A stretch of DNA of 64,000 nucleotides, from the NCBI GenBank assembly GCA_044450345.1, contig JBIOIY010000007.1, positions 15,189 through 79,188 on the forward strand. Reading direction: 5' to 3'. Of the stretch, positions 20,705 to 29,990 are shown piece after piece. Source of the stretch: Thermodesulfovibrionales bacterium (lineage in GTDB: Bacteria > Nitrospirota > Thermodesulfovibrionia > Thermodesulfovibrionales > UBA6898). The notes beneath the pieces are model-generated. The model saw only the letters and a program-made list of their open reading frames with translations, was not told the origin of the DNA and ran no database searches. How positions within the stretch are numbered: the first letter of the stretch is position 1; each line of letters opens with the position of its first letter. Both the position numbers and the translations under genes were made by a program.

Positions 20705-21551
20705 TGAGTCCGAAATCACTTTTGTTGGCCTTGTAATCACCTCGAAAACCCGGCAAACAGACCGTAGTCCGAGGCACTCATAGGGCGACCAAGTTTTTGG
20801 GGGATGCGGACAGTCTCACAATATCGGGATCTTATCATTCTTTTTCCGTGACTGTGACGCAATCATCAAGGATGCCAAAAAATTAAAAGCTGAATATTTT
20901 AACTTTGCAAAATGGCACCGTATGCGCGCGAAGAATTGAAAGGGAAATAAGACTGCAATGGTAGGGGGGCAAGGACCTGACTTGCCTTCCCTATAGGCTT
21001 TTTGAGCTTTTTATTCCGCCGGGATTGATGCCTCTTATGGTGCTCCTATATTCCCGTCAACGATCCAAGAAGTAAAGCAAGGGCGGTTATGACGTGAGGA
21101 TTTTGTTCAGCCGCATTCTGGTTTTTCCGCTGTCGTCACATGAGAAGCAGTAGAACTTTCGAAGCCGCCGTCAGATTGCTTTTATCTGCGAGACTGATTC
21201 TTTTGTGGTGAAAGCTGTCATTTTAGACGTTAGGGCTCCAGGGTTAATTTTAGGGAGGAGCCAAAAGATAATAGAACTCGAAACTCCGCAGGGTTACGAC
21301 CAGAAAACACGCGCTTCAGTCTGAGTTCAAATATTCTTTTCAGCCACACACATTTAGAGGAAGTCGCACATCAGACTTAGCAGAGTAATTCACGATTTAC
21401 AGATGAAGTAATGCTTACGAGAAAATCGACTTTCCCTTTGAGTCCACGTCGAGCCCACAGCCTTGAGGTTAATATTGCCGTCTTAGACACTATCCTGCAG
21501 GAGTAAATAGTCTTTAAAAAGTTCTGAGAGAAATGTTATTTCCTAAAAAGG

Positions 21552-21601
21552 TTGACAAAAAGAATTATCATCTGTTACTCTTGATAAGAGTTATCATTAT
21601 C
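21552..21601 (+). promoter_or_regulatory. Sigma70-type promoter with Fur-box-like palindrome upstream of fur
   Basis: TTGACA at 21552-21557; TGnTACTCT near 21573-21581; TGATAA-GAG-TTATCA at 21582-21596 followed by TTATCA. Confidence 0.7.
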
Positions 21602-21611
21602 AACGACAATT

Positions 21612-22043
21612 ATGATTACGAACAAGGCAAAAGATATTTTCAGAAACTATATTAGAGAGAAGGGACTGCGCAATACCCGGCAAAGAGAAGAAATTCTTAA
21701 TGCTTTCCTCTCTTCAGAGAAACATATTACCGTCGAAGACCTATTTAATGCGATAAAGGTGAAAGATCCCGAAATAGGTTACGCCACAGTCCACCGAAAT
21801 TTGAGCTTGTTGTGTGAATGCGGTCTTGCTGATGAAATAAAGATCGGCAAACAAAAGACCAGATACGAACCTAAATTCGGGCAGGAGCATCATGATCATC
21901 TTATCTGTTTAAAATGCGGCCGGTTCATCGAGGTCAATGACACAAAGATCGAAAAACTCCAGGATAAGCTCGCTGAAGCAAACGATTTTATTCCAGTGAG
22001 GCACAAGCTGGAGATATACGGCATCTGCAAACAGTGTAAGTAA
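21612..22043 (+). CDS. fur: Fur-family metalloregulator
   Basis: GLRNTRQR, ATVHRNL, HHDHLICLKCG and C-terminal CKQC. Confidence 0.92.
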   Translation: MITNKAKDIFRNYIREKGLRNTRQREEILNAFLSSEKHITVEDLFNAIKVKDPEIGYATVHRNLSLLCECGLADEIKIGKQKTRYEPKFGQEHHDHLICLKCGRFIEVNDTKIEKLQDKLAEANDFIPVRHKLEIYGICKQCK

Positions 22044-22061
22044 TTTTTTTTGCTCTCTTCA

Positions 22062-22080
22062 TGATATTGCATATCATTAT
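22062..22080 (+). promoter_or_regulatory. Second Fur-box-like palindrome
   Basis: TGATAT-TGC-ATATCA-TTAT upstream of the beta-barrel/feo genes. Confidence 0.65.
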
Positions 22081-22134
22081 AAACAAAGACGGGTGGTAGC
22101 CTTTAGAAAATGGAATCACGAAAGGAGAAGATAG

Positions 22135-22899
22135 GTGCTTAGAAGTTTAATCGTGGCAGCGGCTATTGTTCTCGTCGCGGTGGGACAAACCTTTGCTGCC
22201 CATCCGCTAATAACCGACGACACTGGAACGCAGGGCAAGGGGAAATTTCAGCTTGAAATTATTGGAGAATATCAGCATGAAAGCAAGGATGGGATCACAA
22301 TTGACAGCGTAGTGGTTCCAACCATCCCGGTGCTCTCCTATGGAATAACCGATACTTCAGATATCGTTCTTGGGATTTCATACCAGCATGTAAGAACCAG
22401 TGATTCCCAAAAAACCACAACAGCAGATGGACTTTCAGATACATCTGTTGAGCTGAAGTGGCGCTTCTATGACAAGGATGGCCTGAGCTTTGCCCTGAAG
22501 CCCGGCATCAGCATTCCGACAGGAAACGATGAAAAAGGGTTCGGTGCCGGAAAAATAACCTACCATCTCTTTTTGATTGCCACAAAAGAGATAAAACCCT
22601 GGGCATTTCATCTCAATCTTGGTTACATCAGAAATGAAAATAAGATTAATGAAAGAAATGACATATGGCATTCATCACTCGCCGGAGAAGTTGAGTTTAT
22701 CAAAAATCTTAAAGCAGTTGCAAATGTCGGCATAGAGAGAGATCGCGATAAGGCTTCGAATACGATTCCAGCTTTTATTTTGGGTGGGCTCATCTATTCG
22801 ATCTCAACGAACCTGGACATCGATATCGGGATTAAGAAAGGGATTAATAATCGTGGTAACGATTATTCTATCCCCGCAGGAATAACATGGAGATTTTAG
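22135..22899 (+). CDS. Putative outer-membrane beta-barrel transporter
   Basis: Signal peptide; AHPLITDDTGTQGKG..QLE start; alternating beta strands; terminal WRF. Confidence 0.75.
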   Translation: MLRSLIVAAAIVLVAVGQTFAAHPLITDDTGTQGKGKFQLEIIGEYQHESKDGITIDSVVVPTIPVLSYGITDTSDIVLGISYQHVRTSDSQKTTTADGLSDTSVELKWRFYDKDGLSFALKPGISIPTGNDEKGFGAGKITYHLFLIATKEIKPWAFHLNLGYIRNENKINERNDIWHSSLAGEVEFIKNLKAVANVGIERDRDKASNTIPAFILGGLIYSISTNLDIDIGIKKGINNRGNDYSIPAGITWRF

Positions 22900-22910
22900 G
22901 AGGTTGTGAT

Positions 22911-23177
22911 ATGTTGCCCCTTGGACTTTTAATCAGTGGAGAACAGGCCGAAATCCTGGAGATAAAGAACTGGAAAAGAGCTTATTCTCCGGATCTCAAA
23001 AGAGAGAAGGCCGACGATGAGCAGGGGAGAATTGAGGATATGGGTATCCGGGTAGGAAAGAGTGTGCAGATGCTCAACAACAGGGGGTGCGGCCCCCTAC
23101 TTTTAAAGGTCGACGAATCGAGGATCGCCATGGGACGCGGGATGGCGATGAAGATAATGGTGAGGAGGAAAGAATAA
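22911..23177 (+). CDS. feoA: FeoA family protein
   Basis: RIEDMGIRVG..SRIAMGRGMAMKIMV; AGGAGG RBS. Confidence 0.85.
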   Translation: MLPLGLLISGEQAEILEIKNWKRAYSPDLKREKADDEQGRIEDMGIRVGKSVQMLNNRGCGPLLLKVDESRIAMGRGMAMKIMVRRKE

Positions 23178-23404
23178 TGAATTTAGCGATGTTAAAACCA
23201 GGTGAAAACGGAAGAATAACGAAGATGGGAGCGGTTGGTCCGCTAAAAAGAAGGCTGATGGATATGGGGGTACTGACAGGAGAAAAGATAAAGGTCGAAA
23301 AGATTGCCCCCCTCGGAGACCCCATTGAAGTGACAATAAAAAACTATAACCTCTCCCTCAGGAAAAAAGAGGCTGAGGGAATTGAAGTGGAGGTGGTGAG
23401 ATGA
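23177..23404 (+). CDS. feoA: FeoA family protein
   Basis: RRLMDMGV..APLGDPIEV..LSLRKKEA; TAATG coupling to the previous gene. Confidence 0.9.
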   Translation: MNLAMLKPGENGRITKMGAVGPLKRRLMDMGVLTGEKIKVEKIAPLGDPIEVTIKNYNLSLRKKEAEGIEVEVVR

Positions 23405-25635
23405 GCGCACAGACGATGGAAATCAAAAATCAGAATGCGGACCACAGGCCACACGATGAGAAAAAGATCATGACCGTTGCGGTAGCCGGCAACCCTAACT
23501 CCGGCAAGTCGACCCTGATAAATGCGCTTGCAGGGACCAGGCTATCAGTCGGTAATTGGCCCGGGGTCACGGTGGAGAAGAAATCGGCGATATTCGAATA
23601 TAAAGGCACAAAAATCAGGCTGGTAGATCTTCCCGGCACATACAGCCTGAGCCCTTATACGCAGGAAGAGATCATAGCACGGGACTATCTGGTCCATGAG
23701 AACCCTGATCTTGTCATAAATGTGGTGGATGCCACAAACCTTGAAAGGAACCTCTATCTTACGGTCCAACTGATGGAGCTGGGGATACCGGTCATTGTCG
23801 CCATGAATATCTATGACGAGGCGGTAAATAAGGGTTACGAGATCGACATAAAAACGATGGAAGAGGTGCTCGGTGTCAGAGTCATTCCGACAGTCGCAAC
23901 AAAAAAAACAGGACTTGACGACCTGTTAAAGGCAGTCACGGATATTGGAGATGGCCGACTCAGCCTTCAGCCAAAGAGATTGCATTACGGAGCTGACATA
24001 GAATCTGCCGCCTCGGCAGTTGAGGTGCGGACCAGAAACATATACCCGAAGCTTGCAGAAAAGTACCCAGTGAGATGGCTTACCTTCAAATTAATGGAGA
24101 AGGACAGCCATGCAATGGAAGAGATTAATATTGGAGACGCTGCCTCCTTTGTCGATGAAGCGACAGAACATATCAGAAAGGCACATGGTGAGGATATTGA
24201 ATCCATCATGGCAGATGAAAGATATGCCCTGGCGTCAGGACTTGCCCATGAAGTCTTAAAAAAGCCCGAATTCAGAAAAATGGAGATAACGGAAAAGATA
24301 GACAAGATAGCCCTCAACAGGTTTCTGGGCATCCCCCTGTTTCTTGCCGCCATGTGGATAATGTTCAAGCTGACGTTCGATATGTCAAAGCCCTTTTCCG
24401 ACTGGATCGGCGTGATGATCTCGGGCCCGTTCAAAAGACTCGCGATAGCCCTGATCGGACTCATACACGCGCCGGACTGGACTGCTTCCCTTATCACTGA
24501 CGGGATCATCGCCGGGGTAGGGAACGTACTTGTATTTGTCCCAGTGATATTTGCGATGATGTTCTTCATCACCTTTCTCGAAGGAAGCGGCTATATGGCA
24601 AGGGCGGCCTTTGTTATGGACAGGGCCATGCATGCAATCGGACTTCACGGGAAATCGTTCATACCAATGCTCTTGGGCTTTGGCTGCAACGTCCCTGCCA
24701 TTTATGCAACACGCACACTCGAAAACCCAAGGGACAAGGCGCTAACAGCCCTGCTTATACCTTTGATGTCCTGCGGCGCAAGACTGCCTGTATATGTGGT
24801 TTTCATTGGCGCCCTCTTTTCAGCGCACGCCGGCACCGTCCTCTGGTCCCTCTACGTGATGGGCATAGCGCTGGCGATTGTGATGGGGGTCATTTTTAAG
24901 AGGACCCTGTTCAGGGGCGAAGCCCCGATGTTCATAATGGAACTGCCTCCCTACAGGATGCCGTCTTTCAAAAGTCTGATGATACACACTTGGGAAAAGG
25001 GGAAGCACTTTCTGATCAAGGCCGGCACTTACATCCTTGCAGTATCTGTAATCGTATGGTTTCTCCTTAACCTTCCGTGGGGTATCGAGAACAAAAAAGA
25101 TTCCTACCTGGGCAAAGTGGGGCAGGTCACCGCTCCGATCCTGGAGCCGCTCGGATTCGGGAACTGGGAGGCCGCATCGTCATTGATTGCAGGCGTAATC
25201 GCAAAGGAGATAGTAGTGGGGACGATGGGTGAAATATATGTCCCGAAAGAAGAGAAGAAGGAGGAACCTCCCGCATTCAAAGAGGAGCTGAAAGTGATCG
25301 GGACATCCTTTGGCCGTGCAGCTAAGGACTCTTTTCTAAACGTCTTCTCGGCCTTTGGAATCGCGAGCCTATCACCTGAAGAATCAGCTGAAAAAGCGGC
25401 AGAGCGGGTGCCGCTTCGGGACGTGCTGAAAAAACAGTTCACTCCCCTCAGCGCTTATGCCTTCATAGTGTTCGTGCTCCTCTATATGCCCTGCGTTGTG
25501 GTTGCAATAGCGATGAGGCAGGAGTTCGGGACATGGAAATGGTTTGGAATATCATTCGTCTACCAGATGTCTCTGGCGTGGGGTGTGGCGTTTCTCGTAT
25601 ATCAGGGCGGCAAATTGCTCGGGATAGGAGGTTGA
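23401..25635 (+). CDS. feoB: Ferrous iron transporter FeoB
   Basis: GNPNSGKS, NWPGVTVE, DLPGTY, GFGCNVPA, MSCGARLP and MELPPY motifs. Confidence 0.95.
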   Translation: MSAQTMEIKNQNADHRPHDEKKIMTVAVAGNPNSGKSTLINALAGTRLSVGNWPGVTVEKKSAIFEYKGTKIRLVDLPGTYSLSPYTQEEIIARDYLVHENPDLVINVVDATNLERNLYLTVQLMELGIPVIVAMNIYDEAVNKGYEIDIKTMEEVLGVRVIPTVATKKTGLDDLLKAVTDIGDGRLSLQPKRLHYGADIESAASAVEVRTRNIYPKLAEKYPVRWLTFKLMEKDSHAMEEINIGDAASFVDEATEHIRKAHGEDIESIMADERYALASGLAHEVLKKPEFRKMEITEKIDKIALNRFLGIPLFLAAMWIMFKLTFDMSKPFSDWIGVMISGPFKRLAIALIGLIHAPDWTASLITDGIIAGVGNVLVFVPVIFAMMFFITFLEGSGYMARAAFVMDRAMHAIGLHGKSFIPMLLGFGCNVPAIYATRTLENPRDKALTALLIPLMSCGARLPVYVVFIGALFSAHAGTVLWSLYVMGIALAIVMGVIFKRTLFRGEAPMFIMELPPYRMPSFKSLMIHTWEKGKHFLIKAGTYILAVSVIVWFLLNLPWGIENKKDSYLGKVGQVTAPILEPLGFGNWEAASSLIAGVIAKEIVVGTMGEIYVPKEEKKEEPPAFKEELKVIGTSFGRAAKDSFLNVFSAFGIASLSPEESAEKAAERVPLRDVLKKQFTPLSAYAFIVFVLLYMPCVVVAIAMRQEFGTWKWFGISFVYQMSLAWGVAFLVYQGGKLLGIGG

Positions 25636-25636
25636 T

Positions 25637-25786
25637 ATGGGACTTAAAGATGTTTTATTGATGGCGTTGATTATTGGTGGAGCAGTATATCTTCTGTACC
25701 GTTCCATATGGAAGAATAAAGGTCATTGTTCCGGCTGCGGCTCGGAGACATGCAATCTCAAAAAGACAAAGGGGGGCTGCAGCTGA
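25637..25786 (+). CDS. FeoB-associated Cys-rich small membrane protein (49 aa)
   Basis: Not in the ORF track. MGLKDVLLMALIIGGAVYLLYRSIWKNKGHCSGCGSETCNLKKTKGGCS*. Confidence 0.8.
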   Translation: MGLKDVLLMALIIGGAVYLLYRSIWKNKGHCSGCGSETCNLKKTKGGCS

Positions 25787-25869
25787 GAGTAATACCCATG
25801 TTCTTTAATGTCATGATAAGGTGATTTTTGGAATAAAGGGGCTGTCAGATAAAAGTGCTACAATAAAAA

Positions 25870-26544
25870 ATGGACACGATCCTGCTCAATCCTGGTAAAA
25901 GCATCTCAACCTTTTACAAATGGGCAACCGCCCTTGCCCTCATTACTATTCTCTACAATTTCATTGAGGGCACGGTTTCTGTTTTATTTGGTGTTGAAGA
26001 CGGAACGGTCTCCCTTTTCGGTTTTGGACTCGATTCTTTCGTAGAGGTGATTTCAGGAATCGGAATATGGCATATGATAAAGCGGATGAAAAAGAGTAGC
26101 GATGAAAGTCACGACAGATTTGAAAGAACGTCACTTAAGGTGACGGGGACAGCTTTCTATATTCTCACTATAGGCCTGATAATTACTTCCCTGGTAAATG
26201 TCTATAAGGGATATAAACCAGAAACTACTTTGTGGGGCATTATCGTAGCAGTCATTTCAATTCTCGCGATGTGGGTGCTTATTCATTACAAGTTAAAGAT
26301 CGGTAGACGGTTCAACTCCCGGGCGCTGCTTGCCGATGCGGCCTGCTCTAAGACTTGCTTGTACCTTTCCATCGTTCTTCTAATTGCAAGCGTCGGCTAT
26401 GAAGTAACGGGCATCGGCTTGGTTGATTCCCTTGGTGCGGTCGGCATAGCGCTTTTCTCTTTTAAGGAAGGACGTGAGGCGTTTGATAAAGCGAAAGGTA
26501 AGTCATGTAGTTGCGGGACCGAATGTAATCAAGGCTCTAAATAA
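25870..26544 (+). CDS. CDF-like cation transporter
   Basis: YNFIEG..SLFGFGLDSFVE..ALLADA motifs; several TM helices; Cys-rich tail. Confidence 0.75.
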   Translation: MDTILLNPGKSISTFYKWATALALITILYNFIEGTVSVLFGVEDGTVSLFGFGLDSFVEVISGIGIWHMIKRMKKSSDESHDRFERTSLKVTGTAFYILTIGLIITSLVNVYKGYKPETTLWGIIVAVISILAMWVLIHYKLKIGRRFNSRALLADAACSKTCLYLSIVLLIASVGYEVTGIGLVDSLGAVGIALFSFKEGREAFDKAKGKSCSCGTECNQGSK

Positions 26545-26910
26545 CGAGTAAAGCTTTTTATTCTATTGTCTTACATTTCCAATCATACTTTTTTCAAGAT
26601 ATCATGGCATGACTTTGAGGAAGAATTCCGTAATTATCTATATCCTGCCGCTGAGAACTTTTCTATGAAGGTCTTATGAGCGGCCTTAGCATTTCGGGAT
26701 GAAAGTTGTCATCACTGAAGAGGGGGTATGGTTGCGGTGTATAGGGAGTACTTCTCGCCGGCTGAGTCCCCCTATTTTGCGGAGTTTGAATGGGAATAAA
26801 CAGTTTCAGCAAATCGAAATTCGTGCGGATTCCAGGAAGGACACCTTTCTGAGTGTTTCGGGGCGAAAGAGACTCACCACGACCACCTATCAGTGGGCAA
26901 ACCCGAAACA

Positions 26911-27007
26911 GGTGGCCGGAATGTAACGGAATTGCCGGTCGGAATCAATCGGAATCAGTGGCCGGAATGAAACGGAATGACCGGCCCGGAATAGTCCGGA
27001 ATATGCC
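26911..27007. mobile_element. Isolated IS21-family-like terminal repeat region
   Basis: Eight CGGAAT copies with spacers of 4,7,4,7,4,8,4 nt (~23-bp units), ending CGGAATATGC; no istA or istB nearby. Confidence 0.6.
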
Positions 27008-27286
27008 CTCTGTGCTTCCCCAGCAGCCCTGCCTCCCCCCTCACCCAAATTTCCTCTCTTCCTTATTTTCCCCTTTTCCCGGGGTCCTCGTCGTCCCCGC
27101 CGTCGCCGTGATGGGGCCGGGCTGGTCCAGGTCATTCCCGCCCGCGTGGGATCGCGAGGATCGCAGGGGAGGCAGGGAAAGGAGCTGGGTAAGATGAAAA
27201 AAAGGGAATGAAGATGGTGAGGGGTGTGGTGCTCAGAGGAGCATGACTCTGGGAAAAAAGATGAAAGAAATAGATAATGGTCCGGA

Positions 27287-28126
27287 CTACGCTAATAATG
27301 CCTCAAGACGGGGCTTAAGTCGGGCAGCAAGGGCAGTAAGTCCTTCCCGGTTGTTCAGGTAGGGCACGTAACGTAAATGACGCAAATCAAAAGGGATGTC
27401 CTCATCAGACTGGGTGATGAGGATGACCTCGCGACCCAATGTGTGCGCGATTCCTATCTCGTAGAAAACGTTCGGGTTGCGAGTGGAACAGTCACAGATG
27501 ATGATGTGCGAGCGGTCGATAAGCGACACAACATCCTGAATGACTGCCGGGTTCTCCCAAATGTCATCAGCGCGCCGGCAGTGCAGGCCTGCATTTTTGG
27601 CCGTGCGTAGGAGCACTTTATAGACCCGGTTGAAATCGGGATGAAAAGGCATCATCACCGATACCAGCGTAGGCTCAATAGCTTCCGGATCCGCTAACTG
27701 GAAAACCGTTGGTCGATTCCGGCGCGGCTGCATGTTGCGTAGCAGGGTTCTGAAGAGATCTGCGTCCTTGACGGACCAATGCGTGCGTGTGAACTGAAAG
27801 TCATGGATGTCAAGTTCCCCTGCCAAGGTCTGCAGAAACCGATTTGGGATAGGCGGCACGCCAGGGTCGTAAACGTACTCCATCGATACAACACGCCCAT
27901 TTATTTTCGCCCGAACGATAGTGCCGACCCTCGCCACTTGATCTCCCTGTCCGTACGTTTCCTCTACAAACAGCGTGGGCAAGGCCATCAAAGCCGTCAG
28001 ATCGAGGCGACCCTTTGGCTTAAAACGATTGATGAGGCTCTGATCAGTATACTCAAAAATTCGACCACTGGGTATAGTGTCGCCGGCGGCGGCCCACGCA
28101 TTACCCTTTACCAAAAAGTTAAACAC
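27287..28126 (-). CDS. Candidate defence protein with C-terminal nucleoside-2-deoxyribosyltransferase/TIR-like domain
   Basis: VMMPF..RRADD..IICDCSTRNPNVFYEIGIAH..IPFDLRHLRY. Confidence 0.7.
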   Translation of the reverse strand: MFNFLVKGNAWAAAGDTIPSGRIFEYTDQSLINRFKPKGRLDLTALMALPTLFVEETYGQGDQVARVGTIVRAKINGRVVSMEYVYDPGVPPIPNRFLQTLAGELDIHDFQFTRTHWSVKDADLFRTLLRNMQPRRNRPTVFQLADPEAIEPTLVSVMMPFHPDFNRVYKVLLRTAKNAGLHCRRADDIWENPAVIQDVVSLIDRSHIIICDCSTRNPNVFYEIGIAHTLGREVILITQSDEDIPFDLRHLRYVPYLNNREGLTALAARLKPRLEALLA

Positions 28127-28259
28127 GGGCTACTCCCTGCAGATTTATGACTTTCGCCCTTCTCTGCGAGTCCTTCATCTTCACTAATCCCCACCTTTTA
28201 ACGGATAGCAATATTACAACCTATTCCTTTCAAAGAAACAATCAATATTGAGAGTGAGA

Positions 28260-28481
28260 CTAAGGGTTAAGAAAATGCCAAATGCCTTGATCGGATAGTT
28301 CAATGCCGAATTCCTGGCACAGATCGAGGATTATCTCCCGACGCAGGTCTTCACCGATGCTTGCCCGTATTAACCGCTTCGATACCACCCGCAATAAGCC
28401 CGCCCGCATATCAACTGGCCCCATCGCAGGGTCAATATCTTTGTAGATGCCGTTTATATACCCTTTCTCGTCGGTTCCCAT
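28260..28481 (-). CDS. Hypothetical protein
   Basis: 73-aa ORF with an AGGA RBS-like site, directly downstream of the ERCC4 gene. Confidence 0.45.
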   Translation of the reverse strand: MGTDEKGYINGIYKDIDPAMGPVDMRAGLLRVVSKRLIRASIGEDLRREIILDLCQEFGIELSDQGIWHFLNP

Positions 28482-28499
28482 ATTGGCCGTCTTTCCTGT

Positions 28500-29174
28500 T
28501 CACTTATTTTCCCACAATGCATGCACTACCTCCCGGATGCGCCTTGCAATCTCTTTCCCGATCCCAGGCACCTTCGAAAGTTCTGAATTTTCAGCCACAA
28601 ATATTGCATGCGGAGATCCGAAATGTGACAAAAGCGCCTTTGCTTTGCTGCCGGCAATGCCGGGCAATCCCTCTATAAGAAATTGCTGCAATGTTCGGAC
28701 GTCCTTGGGCTTATCATGTCTAAGGGCAATTTCGTAACCAAGGCCCTCCTGACTATGCCGAGCCATGGTAGCTAACAATTGGGCCGTCCGCCGTTCTCCG
28801 TCTGAGAAAAGAACACTAATCCCTTCCTCTGCAACAAGCCAGCTAAGAGCTCCGATCAGCGCAACTTGTTCTATCCCACTATTTAAGAGAAAAATATTAC
28901 CCTCCAGAATTATAACTGGCTTACTAAACTCCGCTTTCAGCTTTCTGGCCTGGGAAAAAAGCCTGCGGTCCATTATTGACGCGGCAAAATCGGTGGCTGT
29001 TTTGCGTTCAACACAAAGACACTCGGATAGAATGTAATCGCCTTCGAGGAGCTCCTTGAAATCGAGGCTAATGCGAGGTAGCCTAGCAAGATGATCCGGC
29101 ACGTATGAGTTTTGTTCGTGGAAATCGCAGGTGATATAAATGTCTGATTTTAAAGCAGTCGGATTATCGTTCAT
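28500..29174 (-). CDS. XPF/ERCC4-family structure-specific nuclease with tandem HhH
   Basis: GDY..VERKTATD (ERKx3D), IILEG, then GLPGIAG..LLSHFGS..KVPGIG. Confidence 0.85.
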   Translation of the reverse strand: MNDNPTALKSDIYITCDFHEQNSYVPDHLARLPRISLDFKELLEGDYILSECLCVERKTATDFAASIMDRRLFSQARKLKAEFSKPVIILEGNIFLLNSGIEQVALIGALSWLVAEEGISVLFSDGERRTAQLLATMARHSQEGLGYEIALRHDKPKDVRTLQQFLIEGLPGIAGSKAKALLSHFGSPHAIFVAENSELSKVPGIGKEIARRIREVVHALWENK

Positions 29175-29282
29175 ATGTATTTATTAAGTATTTTTGTGCG
29201 GAAAAAAGCAAGAAGATAGACGTTTTTATTTCCATCCACGTCGAAACAGTGCAAGGGGCCCCATAATAGCCTCCTCCTGTTG

Positions 29283-29963
29283 TTATTTCTTTGTTTTCTT
29301 CGCATAGTCAATCATTTTTTCAATAGGAACATTTTTTCCCCTTATAAATTTAACAAGCTCTTTTTCTTTATCGCTGAGGACATCAGCAAAGGCATCCTCT
29401 ATCATCGACTCAACAAGATCTCGGGAATAATGGGCTATATCAGAAAAAGTATGAGGGCTGGCAATATTAGGACTATCAAAGCACTCTTTTTCTGTTACGC
29501 GCACCTTTCCTTCAGCCTGCTTCCCAATATATTCAAAAACCGTTTTGAATAATAAAGGAATCTCGACGGATATAAGGAACACAGAATCTTTATCGTCCTT
29601 GACGCAAGCCGCAACAACGTTGTCACTTTTTCTTCGAAGAAGAAGTAACAACTTAATATTTTCCGAATAAGTAATAAGAAGGTTGAGCCAGCCGAGCGGG
29701 CTTATGCGGTTTTTCAAACCTTTAACATGAAATATAGAAAAACTATTAGGCAGAAAAGGATAACTTGTTTTTCCACTCAAAAAGGCCTCGTTAACTGACA
29801 GCATGGCGCATATCTGAGGTATATAATCATCTGACAATGCGGGGATACCTGCTTCTTTCCTGGCAACAGAAGAGCCATTAACCCCCAGCCTTACGGCAAC
29901 CTCGGCTTTCGTAATCCCCAACAGGTTACGAATTTCCGCAAGAGCTGTCCATTGGTGAATCAT
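29283..29963 (-). CDS. XRE-family HTH protein
   Basis: IRNLLGITKAEVAVRLGV..SSVARKEAG. Confidence 0.75.
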   Translation of the reverse strand: MIHQWTALAEIRNLLGITKAEVAVRLGVNGSSVARKEAGIPALSDDYIPQICAMLSVNEAFLSGKTSYPFLPNSFSIFHVKGLKNRISPLGWLNLLITYSENIKLLLLLRRKSDNVVAACVKDDKDSVFLISVEIPLLFKTVFEYIGKQAEGKVRVTEKECFDSPNIASPHTFSDIAHYSRDLVESMIEDAFADVLSDKEKELVKFIRGKNVPIEKMIDYAKKTKK

Positions 29964-29990
29964 GTAAATAGCCTCCCTTAAGGGGCGTCT

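Noticed and set aside
20913..20927. Sigma54-like TGGCAC..GC motif
   Set aside because: It lacks the TTGC consensus and has no downstream gene.
26911..27007. CGGAAT repeats as a CRISPR array
   Set aside because: The units are 6 bp with 4-8 nt spacers, and no cas genes are present.
26699..27197. Short ORFs across the junction
   Set aside because: They translate repeat or low-complexity DNA and show no protein features.
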